Shown one piece after another: positions 32,856 to 43,753 of a DNA stretch of 64,000 nucleotides (position 1 is its first letter; the number at the start of each line of letters is the position of its first letter). The position numbers were made by a program, and so were the translations under genes. The notes beneath the pieces are model-generated. The model had not been told where the DNA came from. It did not search any database and was given only the letters and a program-made list of their open reading frames with translations. Origin of the DNA: Nitrospirota bacterium. GTDB taxonomy: Bacteria; Nitrospirota; UBA9217. The DNA is taken from assembly GCA_963741205.1 (NCBI GenBank), contig CAVUHW010000020.1, positions 32,001 through 96,000 of the forward strand, read 5' to 3'.

Positions 32856-33011
32856 ATGCTTGCCTGCCCTTTTTGCGATGAACAACTGCAGACAAAGAGT
32901 TCTGAAGGATGGGCCTGCCGGTGCGGGGAGACAATCCCGTTCGGCATGGAGAAAGACGACGAGGAGAATTGCGCCCGCTGTCCGGTCATGAACTGCCCGA
33001 GAAGGAAATAG
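32856..33011 (+). CDS. 51-aa Cys-rich protein (7 Cys)
   Basis: AAGGAG RBS; MLACPFCDEQLQTKSSEGWACRCGETIPFGMEKDDEENCARCPVMNCPRRK. Confidence 0.72.
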   Translation: MLACPFCDEQLQTKSSEGWACRCGETIPFGMEKDDEENCARCPVMNCPRRK

Positions 33012-33047
33012 CCGTAATCGCCTCTTTCGAACGCATGCCCGCGAAAT

Positions 33048-33614
33048 TTAGTCTCTTTTCCCGATCGAAAATGCCTTTCCGATATAATCTCCGATGCCGT
33101 AATAGGCTCGTTGCCCCGCGTCAAAGACAAACGGCTTTACTTTCAGAATGTCCGCCATCCCCTGCTCTCCCAGCACCGATTCTTCGGCCTTGATGTCCAT
33201 GATCTCGCCGACAAATTGAGTATGGAGCCCGATCTCCACGGTGTGAAGCAGCTTGCACTCGATCACTACAGGGAATTCGTTTACATAAGGGGCATCGACT
33301 AGCCCGCTTCGAACAGGAGTGAGCCCGGTCATCGCAAACTTATCGACGCTTTTCCCCGAGACGGTGCCGACGTAATCCGCCTCTTTTATCAACGCTACTG
33401 AAGGGATATTAATGGTGAACGCCTTGTGACCGACGATATTCCCGTGCGTGTAGGTCACCTTGCGGATGGCAACGGCAATGCACGGAGGCTGCGAACAGCA
33501 GATCCCACCCCATGCGATCGTCATCATGTTCGGTTTGCCCTGCGCATCATAACTTCCGACTACCCAGACTGGCGCAGGCTGAGCGAGAGTCCTGGCCCCG
33601 AGCGATTTCTTCAT
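33048..33614 (-). CDS. flr: Flavoredoxin / flavin reductase family
   Basis: PAPVWVVGSYD..GKPN.MTIAWGGICCSQPP, ADYVGTVSG, HTQFVGEI. Confidence 0.88.
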   Translation of the reverse strand: MKKSLGARTLAQPAPVWVVGSYDAQGKPNMMTIAWGGICCSQPPCIAVAIRKVTYTHGNIVGHKAFTINIPSVALIKEADYVGTVSGKSVDKFAMTGLTPVRSGLVDAPYVNEFPVVIECKLLHTVEIGLHTQFVGEIMDIKAEESVLGEQGMADILKVKPFVFDAGQRAYYGIGDYIGKAFSIGKRD

Positions 33615-33691
33615 AATGACCTCCCTAATGTTTTGCAAGTAACTATATCATGAATTCCATCAATTGTATAAAAAAGAAACGGCGCTCAAAT

Positions 33692-34192
33692 TCATTCCCT
33701 TTCCGGCACCAGTTGATGAAACAGGTTCGATTCCCGCTTGTAAAACCCTTCGGTGTGGAACGAATCAGGCAGACGATACAAATGATAATCCAGATGATGA
33801 CAGAGCTCGTGAAGAAGCGTACGCAGAAATGCGCGGAACGCAACGACACGCTTGTGTTTGGCCGTTCGCATCCAGAGCGAAATGACCGCCGAAGCCCTGC
33901 CTTCGGCCAGTTCGTACAAGCCGTGGAGTTCTCCCCACGTGGCGGACGGCCGGACCGCAAGCACTCTAACGCGAAGCGGAGGGACTCCCAGCCGGATTAA
34001 CATCCCCAAAGCCAAAGCCCGGCATATCTCCTCGATCTGCTCCCGATCTTCCTGCTCCAACGCCGAAGCCAGGCGCACTATGAGCGGCTGCAGCGCTTCC
34101 GGTTCTGGTAGAAGGATGGAATGAATCTCATCACTCTTCCGGTAGATGCGTTTCTGGGTGGCCGATAGTCTGTTGTAGTAGGAAAAGACCAT
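33692..34192 (-). CDS. Hypothetical protein with HExxH (SprT-like zincin) motif
   Basis: LRTLLHELCHHLD...SFHTEGF. Confidence 0.72.
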   Translation of the reverse strand: MVFSYYNRLSATQKRIYRKSDEIHSILLPEPEALQPLIVRLASALEQEDREQIEEICRALALGMLIRLGVPPLRVRVLAVRPSATWGELHGLYELAEGRASAVISLWMRTAKHKRVVAFRAFLRTLLHELCHHLDYHLYRLPDSFHTEGFYKRESNLFHQLVPERE

Positions 34193-34588
34193 GTTCAATT
34201 CCGGGCCCGCTGCCCGTCTCTATTTCCGCGCATACCAGATGCGGGAGTGTAAACGTCATCTCATCGACTTGTCCTTGCATAGTTCCATGATTTATCTCCG
34301 TCACCGCTTTAAATTGTTTCCTGCGGCATAATTAATTACCGGACCAATGATTTGAGGATATCAAAATGGAGGGGGGGCGTCAAATATCTGGTGACCCTCG
34401 TTCTTCATTTCAAGATCCGACCCGGATGATTCACAGAAAGAGTCAAGCTTTTATGCCCGGGACAGTGTATAATGAATCATCCAAGAGAAGAGTATATTCA
34501 GGCGCATCGGAATTATCCCTCTCTTCGAGCGGTTTCACGGGACAAACGTCCGTCACGAACAATGCGAAATATTCACGAGGAGGTTTTT

Positions 34589-34996
34589 ATGCAGGAAAAC
34601 AATTCGGCAGGGAAAAGTGTTGAGTCCTATTGCGGCAAGTGCAGGCTGAATCGCGACCATACGATCATGTCAATGGATGCAGAGGCGATCGCCAGGGTGA
34701 GATGTAAAACCTGCGGCAGCATGCACAAATACCGGGGTGTGGTTGATGCCCAAAAAGTCCGTAAGCCGAGGGCAAAAATAGTTGTGGGAGATTCAGCGAC
34801 AGCGGAGTTCCTGTGGGAGGCCGGTCTCGCGGAGGCAAAAGGGAAAGAGTGTGATTATGACATGGCCGCGAAATACCGCGTAGGCGATGTGGTCAACCAT
34901 AATACCTTCGGCAAAGGAATCGTGATGAAGCTCTATGCCAATAAATGCGAAATGCTTTTCAGGGACAGGGAGCGGCTGATGGCCTCTACCAATTAA
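34589..34996 (+). CDS. Zn-ribbon hypothetical protein
   Basis: GGAGG RBS; CGKC...H...CKTCGSMH and YRVGDVVNHNTFGKGIV. Confidence 0.75.
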   Translation: MQENNSAGKSVESYCGKCRLNRDHTIMSMDAEAIARVRCKTCGSMHKYRGVVDAQKVRKPRAKIVVGDSATAEFLWEAGLAEAKGKECDYDMAAKYRVGDVVNHNTFGKGIVMKLYANKCEMLFRDRERLMASTN

Positions 34997-35049
34997 CAAC
35001 GACCAAAAGCATACCCGCAAACATCAACCGGCATTCGTCGTAAAAGTAA

Positions 35050-35364
35050 TTAATCCACTTCCCGGAGCACTTTAAGGGAGACACTCTCGATTATGTGGTA
35101 AACCTTTTCCCGGTAATCCCGCATGTGAGGCGATCCGAGATGAGCATGAAGCGCCTCGATGCTCTCCCACTTCTCAAGAATAGTGACGACATTTTCATCG
35201 AAGACCTGCGGCGGTAGTTTTGCGTCGATATCGACCGTGGGCAAATATTCTATACACCCCTTTTCTCTTCTCACCACCGGTATATTGGCTTTCAGAATCG
35301 CAAGATAATCGGAGAGCCTTCCTGTCTTCACACAAATCGAGGCAATTACATTGATCATGGCCAT
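35050..35364 (-). CDS. ABM-family putative quinol monooxygenase
   Basis: EKGCIEY, EKWESIEALHAHLGSPHM. Confidence 0.88.
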   Translation of the reverse strand: MAMINVIASICVKTGRLSDYLAILKANIPVVRREKGCIEYLPTVDIDAKLPPQVFDENVVTILEKWESIEALHAHLGSPHMRDYREKVYHIIESVSLKVLREVD

Positions 35365-35420
35365 CTCCTTTTTTATTCATAAAACGAGCTAGGAGGACGT
35401 CAAACCGCAAGGCCCGGCCC

Positions 35421-37207
35421 CTAAGATTCTCTCAAGGCGCCTGCTGCTCCAGCGCCCGGCATCAGGCTGCACTCGTTGAATACGCGGAGGCTGCACACCC
35501 GGCACCGTTCCGGATCGAGCCGCGGAACGAGCTGCGGATAGCGGCCTTCTTGGAGCCCAGGATATTCTCCTCGCCGATACGGTCGATATACCCGCCCCGG
35601 TGCAGCGTCTCGACCACCTCGCCCTTCAGGGAGCAGAGATAGAGCTTTCTGCCCTCCATATGCAGACGGTGCGCTTCGTTCGCCAGGGTTTCACACCCTG
35701 CCACATCGATGAAGTTGATGCCGCTGCCCACGATCAGGATATGGGCCTGTTCGGGGCTTTCCTGCGTCACAGCGTGCAACTGCTCGGCAAAATAATTCAC
35801 GGCGCCGAAGAAGAGCGACCCGTCCACGCGCAGGATCTTGAGCTGGGGACATTCGGGCAGGTGCGTCCGTTCGATATTGATGAGGCGCTGATGATCGTCT
35901 CTGATGCTCGGGAGCGAGCGTCACGAACCCGGGATGGGATGTCCGGTTCAGGTAGAGCAGGAGCGAGAGCATGACGCCGACATAGATCGCAAACTCCAGT
36001 TCCACGAAAAGCGTGGCAAGGAAGGTGACCGCAAGCACCACGGCCTCCTGAGCGGCTCGTTCTGATGATCATGGCGATATGGTGAAAGTCGATGAGGTTC
36101 CAGGCCACCAGCAGCAGGACCCCAGCCATGGCCGGGATCGGCAGATACGCCGTGAGCGGCGCGATCAGGAGCAGGATGAGCAGGAGCGCTGCTGCCGCGA
36201 ATACGGCGGCCAGGGGCGTCCGCGCGCCTGCGTCGAAATTCACGCCCGTGCGGGTAAAGGAGCCTGATGACGCGTAGCTCGAGAAGAAGCTGCCGACTAT
36301 GTTCGCCAGGCCCTGGCCGATGAACTCCTGGTTGCTGTCGATGCGCTGATGGGACCGCGTGGCAACCGCGCGGGCGATGGAGACCGCCTCGGCCAGGCCG
36401 AGCATGGCCACTGCCAGCGCTGCCGGGGCAAGACTTCGGATGTTCTGCGTCGAGAGGTCGGGCATCGAAAACGGCGGCAGGTGCGCGGGCAGCGAACCCA
36501 GGAGGCGCACGCCGTGCTCCTTCCCGTTCAGGACGAGGGACAGAAGACTGCCGATGACCATGGCGAAGAGCATGCCCGGCAGCTTCGGCAGAAAGCGCTT
36601 GAACAGGAGCGCGAATGCGAGCGTAGCAGCGGCGATCGCGATAACGACGGGATTGATGACGGACAGATGCTGCGCGAGGTCCGCCCAGACATGGATGAAA
36701 GCGTGGCGCTTGGACCCGGGAACGCCGAGGAAATTGCTGAGCTGGCTCGTGCCGATCAGGAGCGCTGCGCCCGCCGTGAACCCCACCACCACGGAATGGG
36801 ACACGAAGTTCACGAGCGCCCCGAGCCGCGCAACGCCGAGGGAGAGCTGGAACAGGCCCGCCAGGAACGTGATGGTCAGTACCATCTCGATGTACGTCGG
36901 CGCTGCCCGCCTGCGCCAGGGGGCTGACACTCGTGAAGAGCACGATGGAGATGGCCGTGGTCGGGCCGGAGACCAGGTGATAGGACGAGCCAAAAAGCGC
37001 GGCAACGACGGCAGGGACAATGGCGGTATAGAGACCGAACTCCGGCGGCAAACCCGCGATCATGGCAAAGGCCACGCCTTGCGGCAGGACAATGATCGCG
37101 CCGGTCAGGCCTGCCATGAGATCGTGCCGCAGCGTCCGTCTGCTTACCTGCGGCCACCAGTCCGCCGCGGGGAACAGACGTTTGACCAGTGTATTCCAGT
37201 CCCTCAT
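35421..37207 (-). CDS. SulP-family anion transporter with STAS domain (frameshifted)
   Basis: DLMAGLTGAIIVLPQGVAFA.IAGLPP, SGPTT, NQEFIGQG, SSGSFTRT, DGSLFFGA, INFIDVAG. Confidence 0.92.
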
Positions 37208-37255
37208 GCCCTCTCCCTCTTCGTTTCTTACTACTAACTTCCCACCTCTAACTTC

Positions 37256-38170
37256 TCACTTCTTACTTGTTTTAATGAACGTGCCATTTTTATACTCTTC
37301 AAACGCGGTATACAGTTCCTCCTCGGTATTCATGACAATCGGGCCGTACCATGCGACTGGTTCGTTGATCGGCTTCCCGGAAATAAGCAGGAAACGCATG
37401 GGCTCCTTCTCCGTTGTTGCCATGACCTGATCGCCGTTCTTGAACAGAACGAGTGAACCGTTGCCGATTGCAGGGTCCGTCTGCATATCGAAATAATTGT
37501 CGCCTTCGACCGCATGGGAAAACGGTTTCCGCTCGCGGCAGAAGAAACCTTTTCCTTCTATGACATAAGCGAAGACCGTATGACCTTGCTTGGTCGGATG
37601 CGTATAGGCGGAACCCGCCGGCATGCTCACGTCAAGATATTCCGGGTCGATGACGATGTCCTTCACCGGGCCTTGCTTTCCGTCGATTGCCCCGCAGATG
37701 ATCCTGATCCTGACGCCGTTCTTCAGCGCCACTTCCGGCACCTGCGAGCGCTTCACGTCCCGGTAGCGGGGGTCCATCATTTTATGGGACCGGGGCAGAT
37801 TGGCCCAGAGCTGAAACCCTTCCATCTTTCCCTCGCTGTCGCCTTTCGGCATTTCCTGATGGATAATGCCGCTCCCCGCGGTCATCCACTGCGTGTCGCC
37901 GGTCGATATCACCCCCTTGTTCCCCATGCTGTCCCCGTGCTCCACATCACCTCGCAGCACGTACGTAATCGTCTCGATGCCACGGTGCGGGTGCCACGGG
38001 AATCCCTTGATATAGTGTTCGGGATCGTCGGAGCGGAAATCGTCAAGCAAAAGAAACGGATCGAACAGAGGCACTTCGCGAAAGCCGAACACCCGGTGCA
38101 AATGGACCCCTGCGCCTTCGATCGTGGGTTTGGCTTTTAATATTGTCCGGATCTCTCGTGTCGTGGTCAT
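37256..38170 (-). CDS. Pirin family protein
   Basis: DPFLLLD, HPHRGIETITY, MTAGSGIIHQE, GFQLWANLP, YGPIVMN. Confidence 0.95.
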   Translation of the reverse strand: MTTTREIRTILKAKPTIEGAGVHLHRVFGFREVPLFDPFLLLDDFRSDDPEHYIKGFPWHPHRGIETITYVLRGDVEHGDSMGNKGVISTGDTQWMTAGSGIIHQEMPKGDSEGKMEGFQLWANLPRSHKMMDPRYRDVKRSQVPEVALKNGVRIRIICGAIDGKQGPVKDIVIDPEYLDVSMPAGSAYTHPTKQGHTVFAYVIEGKGFFCRERKPFSHAVEGDNYFDMQTDPAIGNGSLVLFKNGDQVMATTEKEPMRFLLISGKPINEPVAWYGPIVMNTEEELYTAFEEYKNGTFIKTSKK

Positions 38171-38237
38171 GTGATACCTCCGTCGGGAAGTTGCGATGTT
38201 TCAAGTATACCAGTTACCAATCCTTCTCGGGTCAGGT

Positions 38238-38813
<576 letters not shown>

Positions 38814-39010
38814 GCGGGCTCTCCCGGGGGCTGAGTCTGCTGCGACCCGGCTGACAAATCCGGATTGCCATATTGAAGTAATTATAGCAATCCGGGAGTA
38901 AGATATGTTCCAGGAGAGTCAGGGCGGGGTTGATTGAGAAGCGGTAGCAGTGATTTCAAGAAGAATAAGTAAAGACACGAATGATCTCCAATATCATCAA
39001 TAAAAGTCAT

Positions 39011-39326
39011 TCATGCCGCCTCCTGCGCGACCCGCATGAGGGATTCTATATGCTCCCATATTTTTTCCGGGGGGCATACCAGGCGGCGTCAGTTATGGTA
39101 ATGGAGAGTTTCGATGCTTCCTCGTTCCACTCCCCAAGTAATCGTACGCCGTGAGTCCGCGTGTCAACATCCCACGGGTTGGTTCCGGTCACGAGAGAAC
39201 CATGATCGGCCAAAACCTTGAATATGGAGTCGATCTGGGATTTATTGATGTTCTCGAAGGTACGCGTACCGTAGTTTCGCACAACCACCCTTCCTGGGGA
39301 CCTCGACTGGGGCGCGTATGCGACAT
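39011..39326 (-). CDS. Hypothetical protein (one homopolymer indel)
   Basis: MSHTRP...GTNPWDVDTRTHGVRLLGEW...AWYAPRKKIWEHIESLMRVAQEAA*. Confidence 0.55.
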
Positions 39327-39424
39327 GATTTCCCCTAATCCATACTTCACGACAGAGCTACGCTCGACGACGGTGCAATATTTCGGCGTAACCCCAGGTT
39401 CACTTCTTGTATTTAGGGTGGTAT

Positions 39425-39491
39425 AAACAAATGGAACCCTGAGCGAAGCACTTCACGCCCAGGGTTCATAGGCTTGGTGGGCCTATCTTTA
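39425..39491 (-). ncRNA. Candidate small RNA or structured leader (two hairpins)
   Basis: TTGTAT-N18-TATACT with TG, then ATAGGC/GCCTAT and GAACCCTGGGCG/CGCTCAGGGTTC stems, then ATTTGTTT. Confidence 0.4.
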
Positions 39492-39606
39492 CTCTTAGTA
39501 TAGCACAGATCCTGCGCCGAATACAATTTGGGCATTAGCCCGCCTAGCTCCCCTTCCAGCCACGAGCCGGTCCGTTCTCCCTTTTTCTCCTCGCCCCAGC
39601 ATTTTT

Positions 39607-40944
39607 TCATTGAAGAAGCAACTCTTTTTTTGCAGAAGAAACCTCAAACAGCCGGGGCTTGGGAAGGCCGAATCGGGTCGACAATGAACTGGGATAGGGG
39701 AGATAATTCAGGTTGGCCTGCAACAGTACTTTGCCCTGAAAATCCTTAGGGATTTTGAAATAAAACGTTTCTTTCCGGATTTCCGATGCGTTCAGCCGGT
39801 TATCAAATATTATCTTGACGGCATCGTAAAACGCCAGGGTTTGATTTCCTGCTTCGTCGACAAAGACCACGCGATAGATCCGGCTCCCAGGAAGTATATC
39901 AGCACCTAAAAGTTCCTTGTCAGACGGACCTTCCCCCGTGCGATCATATCTGCCGGCTCCCGCAGGGACCGGGATGAAGACTTTCTTGTTCCCGTTATAA
40001 GCTGCAAGCTCCAGCCACATGTGCCGGAGTTCCTTGCTCCCGGATGGCATCTTGTGCCCTGTCTTTGAATTATCGACAACGACATGGATTTTTATTTCAT
40101 CGCCGGGAGACGCAACCGTTTTTTCTGTTTCTATAATCAGGGTGATCGTCTCCGCCTCTGCTATCTGGGTCTGGGAATGAGCTCCCGGGAACCGGTGGGT
40201 ATACAGGGTTGACCGGTATCGCCCGCCGATACCGAACGTACTGGAAGGGTTAGAAGCCCTCCCCGATTCATAGACCGGTTTTCCCTCTTGGAGGAAGCCT
40301 TTGAGATTCATATGGCAGTCCTGGCATTGAATGCCCTCGGCTGCATAGCGGCTGTTCTTCCATTCCGTGAACGTGGACTTTACTTCGAGTCCATGGTGGT
40401 TTGTCGCGTTATGGCAGATCCCGCACATTTCGCTCTTCGTCTGGAGTTCGGAATAGACATGATGCCAATTGTCCCCCCCGCTAAAAGGTCCCAACTTGCG
40501 ATCCGGACTCGGCTCGGGTATGAAATTTCCATTTCCAGGCGCCGTTCCCTCGAATCCCTTTATGGCATGACAAAAATCACAGACAATACCCGACATCTCA
40601 GGATCTACTTGGTCTTTTGATGTGATGAGATCCCTGCGTCTGAAGGCATCGATGGGAGAATGACATGCGATGCAGGCCCTTGCTTCTTGAACAAAAACAG
40701 CATTTTTTTTAGCCCGGGGAAGGACCTCTTTAAAGTATTGCGCTTCAAACAGGGGGTCTGAAAAGGCTTTCGCATTTGAGATTCCGAATGTTGATTAAGG
40801 ATAGCGGCGTGGCAGGTTTCGCATGTTGCAGAGGGTTGATAACCTTTATACGTTATTTGGTGCGGCGTCCAGACATTCGAAGGTTGACAGTATAATACAG
40901 CATACAATGAATGCCGGATTCAGAAGAACAATCAAGGTCTTCAT
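39607..40944 (-). CDS. Pentaheme c-type cytochrome (c554/c552-4-like; frameshifted)
   Basis: Signal-like start; CETCH, CIACH, CDFCH, CGICH, CQDCH; HRFPGAH, TGHKMPSG. Confidence 0.85.
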
Positions 40945-41351
40945 TATTGCGGGCGCTCCCTTTGTCAGCACACGAGTGTTTGCCGTGCTTGAAGAGTGAA
41001 AGTATCGGAACAGAGTATGATCACACCATAGCAAACATTCTCTCTTTCGTCAAATCGTAAATAATCCTGTATCAGGTGATGATATCTTTCGCAACAATGG
41101 CGCTCCCGTGCAGACAAAATATCCCGTCCACCGTTTCAGTCATTGAACCATGATCAAGACGATCGTATCATCGGTAGCAATGATTTTAAACGGTCCTTTC
41201 GGTTTTTTGGGTCGTTTTCGCCGGCCCATACTCTCACAACACGGCCGTTTTTATAATGCACTTCAAATTCATAATCAGTGCCCTCGAACTGAATATGGGT
41301 CGTTGTTCCATCCTCCCCTTCCAGCCACGAGGCTGGTCTGTTCTCCCTTAT

Positions 41352-41844
41352 TTAACTTAAACTCATACACATGTTCCGCGGTTTAAGGATTATTACTTCC
41401 GGCAACACTTTTTCCACCTCTGCCTCGCCGAGGTATTGCCGGGCCCATCTCTTGTGCTCGTCGGCCGCCTCTTCTTTGCCTGTTATCTTTGCCGATTTCC
41501 TGGCCTCATCCAGATGTAAGAGACCAAAGTGCCCGTTGCTTCTCCCGGCACAATTTGTCGACGAGGAGAAGGTATTCCCACACGCACTTTTTGTGTTCGT
41601 AAACCAATTTTTCTTCGTCCGGGCTCTTCGCAATTTTCTTGTCTTCCTTCCCGCTGAAGGAACGGAGTGCTTGTCTGTTCTGGTGGCACTGTTCATTGAT
41701 GCGGAACTCGTCTTCCGTACTCTGCAGATAGTGCTTCCAGTGATTCTCGACATCTTCTAGAGGCCTGCATTTCATCTCCTCGGCCACGGTGACCGAGGCG
41801 AACATAGTCACGAACAAGACTGCTAACGTTATGTTCTTAACCAT
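41352..41844 (-). CDS. Secreted hypothetical protein (frameshifted)
   Basis: Signal peptide MVKNITLAVLFVTMFASVTVA; helical, Cys-containing. Confidence 0.5.
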
Positions 41845-42382
41845 AGCGGGTCCCCGCTTATTTAAAGCATGTCGCGGCGGTCAGCAAAGACTTAAAGAAC
41901 CACAGTGGCGCGTTTTGTCCGAGAATCTAAGTTTTTTGAATTGATTCTTGATAAATTAAATCGATTCCATACCCTCGGCCAACACCCATGCGGTGACTCC
42001 ATGCTCACGGTCTATGAAGTACGTGATAGGAATTGGATTTTAATGATGGCTGCCGCTCATAAATCTTGAATGCCCTCTAGTGCAAGTATATCAGTGGAAT
42101 GGATACACCGCAAGCGCTTGATTGATATTCTTGTTGTTAACGCGGCCTGAGCGATTAAAGAATTATAAGCGCAGTTGGTCTTTTACAAGGATCAAAAGAA
42201 TACGTTGAGGGCTAGGAGGGCTAAAGTCTCAGTTCACAGTTCAGAGTTATCCCAGTGCGGAGCGCATCGATTTCGGATTGTGGATTGCGGAATGGGACAA
42301 AATAAAGTCGTAATTTCCATAGCATTGACGAGAATGACAAGGATTAAGAAATGACTTCCTAATTCCTCCTGTCGCAAAAACC

Positions 42383-42928
42383 TCATATCCAGTATTCCGG
42401 ATACCTTCTGTTCTTCGAAAGATTATTGACCAGCAGGGCGACGATCAGGAGGATGACCGCACCTGCTCCCGCGGGAACGAACGCGTACAGGAAGCCGAGG
42501 TTGTGCACCTTGGCTCCGCCGATCACGGCGATAAGTGCTGTGGCCCCTCCCGGGGGATGGAGTGTTTTTGTCGCGAGCATGGCGATGATGGCCAGCGAAA
42601 CGGCCATGGCGGCCGCAAGCCAGGTGATGTCACCGAAGAGCCGGTAGCAGGCCACGCCGACAAGGGCTGAGAAGACATGGCCGCCGATAAGGTTCCGGGG
42701 CTGCGCCAGGGGGCTCTTGATCGCGGCGTAGACAAGGACAGCCGAGGCGCCGAAGGAACCAATGAGTAGTGACAGGTCCCGGGGTTCGAAATATCGCGAC
42801 GAGAGATATGCGCAAAGCCCGATGCCGATTACTGCTCCGATCCACGACCAGAGGAGTTCATGCATCGGCACTGCCGGCGGGCTCTTCGCTCCGCCTTTCA
42901 TCTTGGAAAGATATACTGTGATAGTCAT
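42383..42928 (-). CDS. HPP-family membrane protein (putative nitrite transporter)
   Basis: GSFGASAVL, SPLAQPRNLIGGH, TLHPPGGATAL. Confidence 0.93.
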   Translation of the reverse strand: MTITVYLSKMKGGAKSPPAVPMHELLWSWIGAVIGIGLCAYLSSRYFEPRDLSLLIGSFGASAVLVYAAIKSPLAQPRNLIGGHVFSALVGVACYRLFGDITWLAAAMAVSLAIIAMLATKTLHPPGGATALIAVIGGAKVHNLGFLYAFVPAGAGAVILLIVALLVNNLSKNRRYPEYWI

Positions 42929-43051
42929 CAATCACTCACTAAAGTCCCCCCACCCCCGCTTCAGCGATGCAGGGGGTAGCTCTTAATCCCCTTCCCCGGA
43001 TGGCGAGGAAGCTGTTAGGAAGACATCCGCATTCCGCAAATTTAAAAATCG

Positions 43052-43639
43052 TCATTTCCTCCCGATCGACCTCACGATATCGTGGCGGGACACGATGCCG
43101 ATGAGTTTCCCCTCGTTATCGACAACGGGCAGCCGTTTTATTCTTCGTTCGTCTAAAATCTTCGCCACGTCGCCGATTTCATCATCGGCCTTGCTGGTGA
43201 TGGGAGGAAAACTCATGACGTCCCCAACTTTGCTCCCGGATTTCCTGGCCGGCACGGGCTCCCCCAAAAGATTGCGCAAAATGTCTTTAAATGTATGTTC
43301 CCTGGCCATGCCGGCAAGGACCAGGACGTCTGCCTCGCTGATGACGCCGATGACATGGTTAGAATCGTCAACGACGGGCATGCCGCTGATCCTGTTGTCC
43401 GACAGAATCCGCGCCGCTTCGTGAAGGTCGGCGGAGCGTTTGATCGAGATGACATTCCGGGTCATCACCTCCGCTACGGGCGTGCGCGTGGTGACCCGTT
43501 CCCGCGCATGACGGAGCGCGAGTTCGTAAATTTTTTGCAGGTCTTCCTCGGTCACATCGACATAGGCGCCCATGTCCCTGAGGGCCGACCGCAGGTCTTC
43601 GGGTGACGGTGGGTTGCAGTATTCCGGCTGGTTATCCAT
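43052..43639 (-). CDS. CBS-domain protein (HPP partner)
   Basis: YVDVTEEDL linker plus a CBS pair (ISGMPVVD, IKRLPVVD). Confidence 0.92.
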   Translation of the reverse strand: MDNQPEYCNPPSPEDLRSALRDMGAYVDVTEEDLQKIYELALRHARERVTTRTPVAEVMTRNVISIKRSADLHEAARILSDNRISGMPVVDDSNHVIGVISEADVLVLAGMAREHTFKDILRNLLGEPVPARKSGSKVGDVMSFPPITSKADDEIGDVAKILDERRIKRLPVVDNEGKLIGIVSRHDIVRSIGRK

Positions 43640-43686
43640 AGGACCTCGCTTGGTATGCGAACATTAGCAGAATCCGATATTTTTCG

Positions 43687-43704
43687 GTATGACGAAGATC
43701 ATAA
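43687..43704 (-). promoter_or_regulatory. Crp/Fnr site 5
   Basis: Minus strand TTATGA-TCTTCG-TCATAC; TGcTAATGT -10 hexamer at 38 nt offset. Confidence 0.72.
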
Positions 43705-43753
43705 GAAGGGGCATATTCCGCGCCTCAGCCCTGGTCACGCGATTCAGTAGGCT

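Noticed and set aside
41015-41032. GTATGATCACACCATAG as a sixth regulon site
   Set aside because: Second half-site and spacing do not fit ATGA-N6-TCAT.
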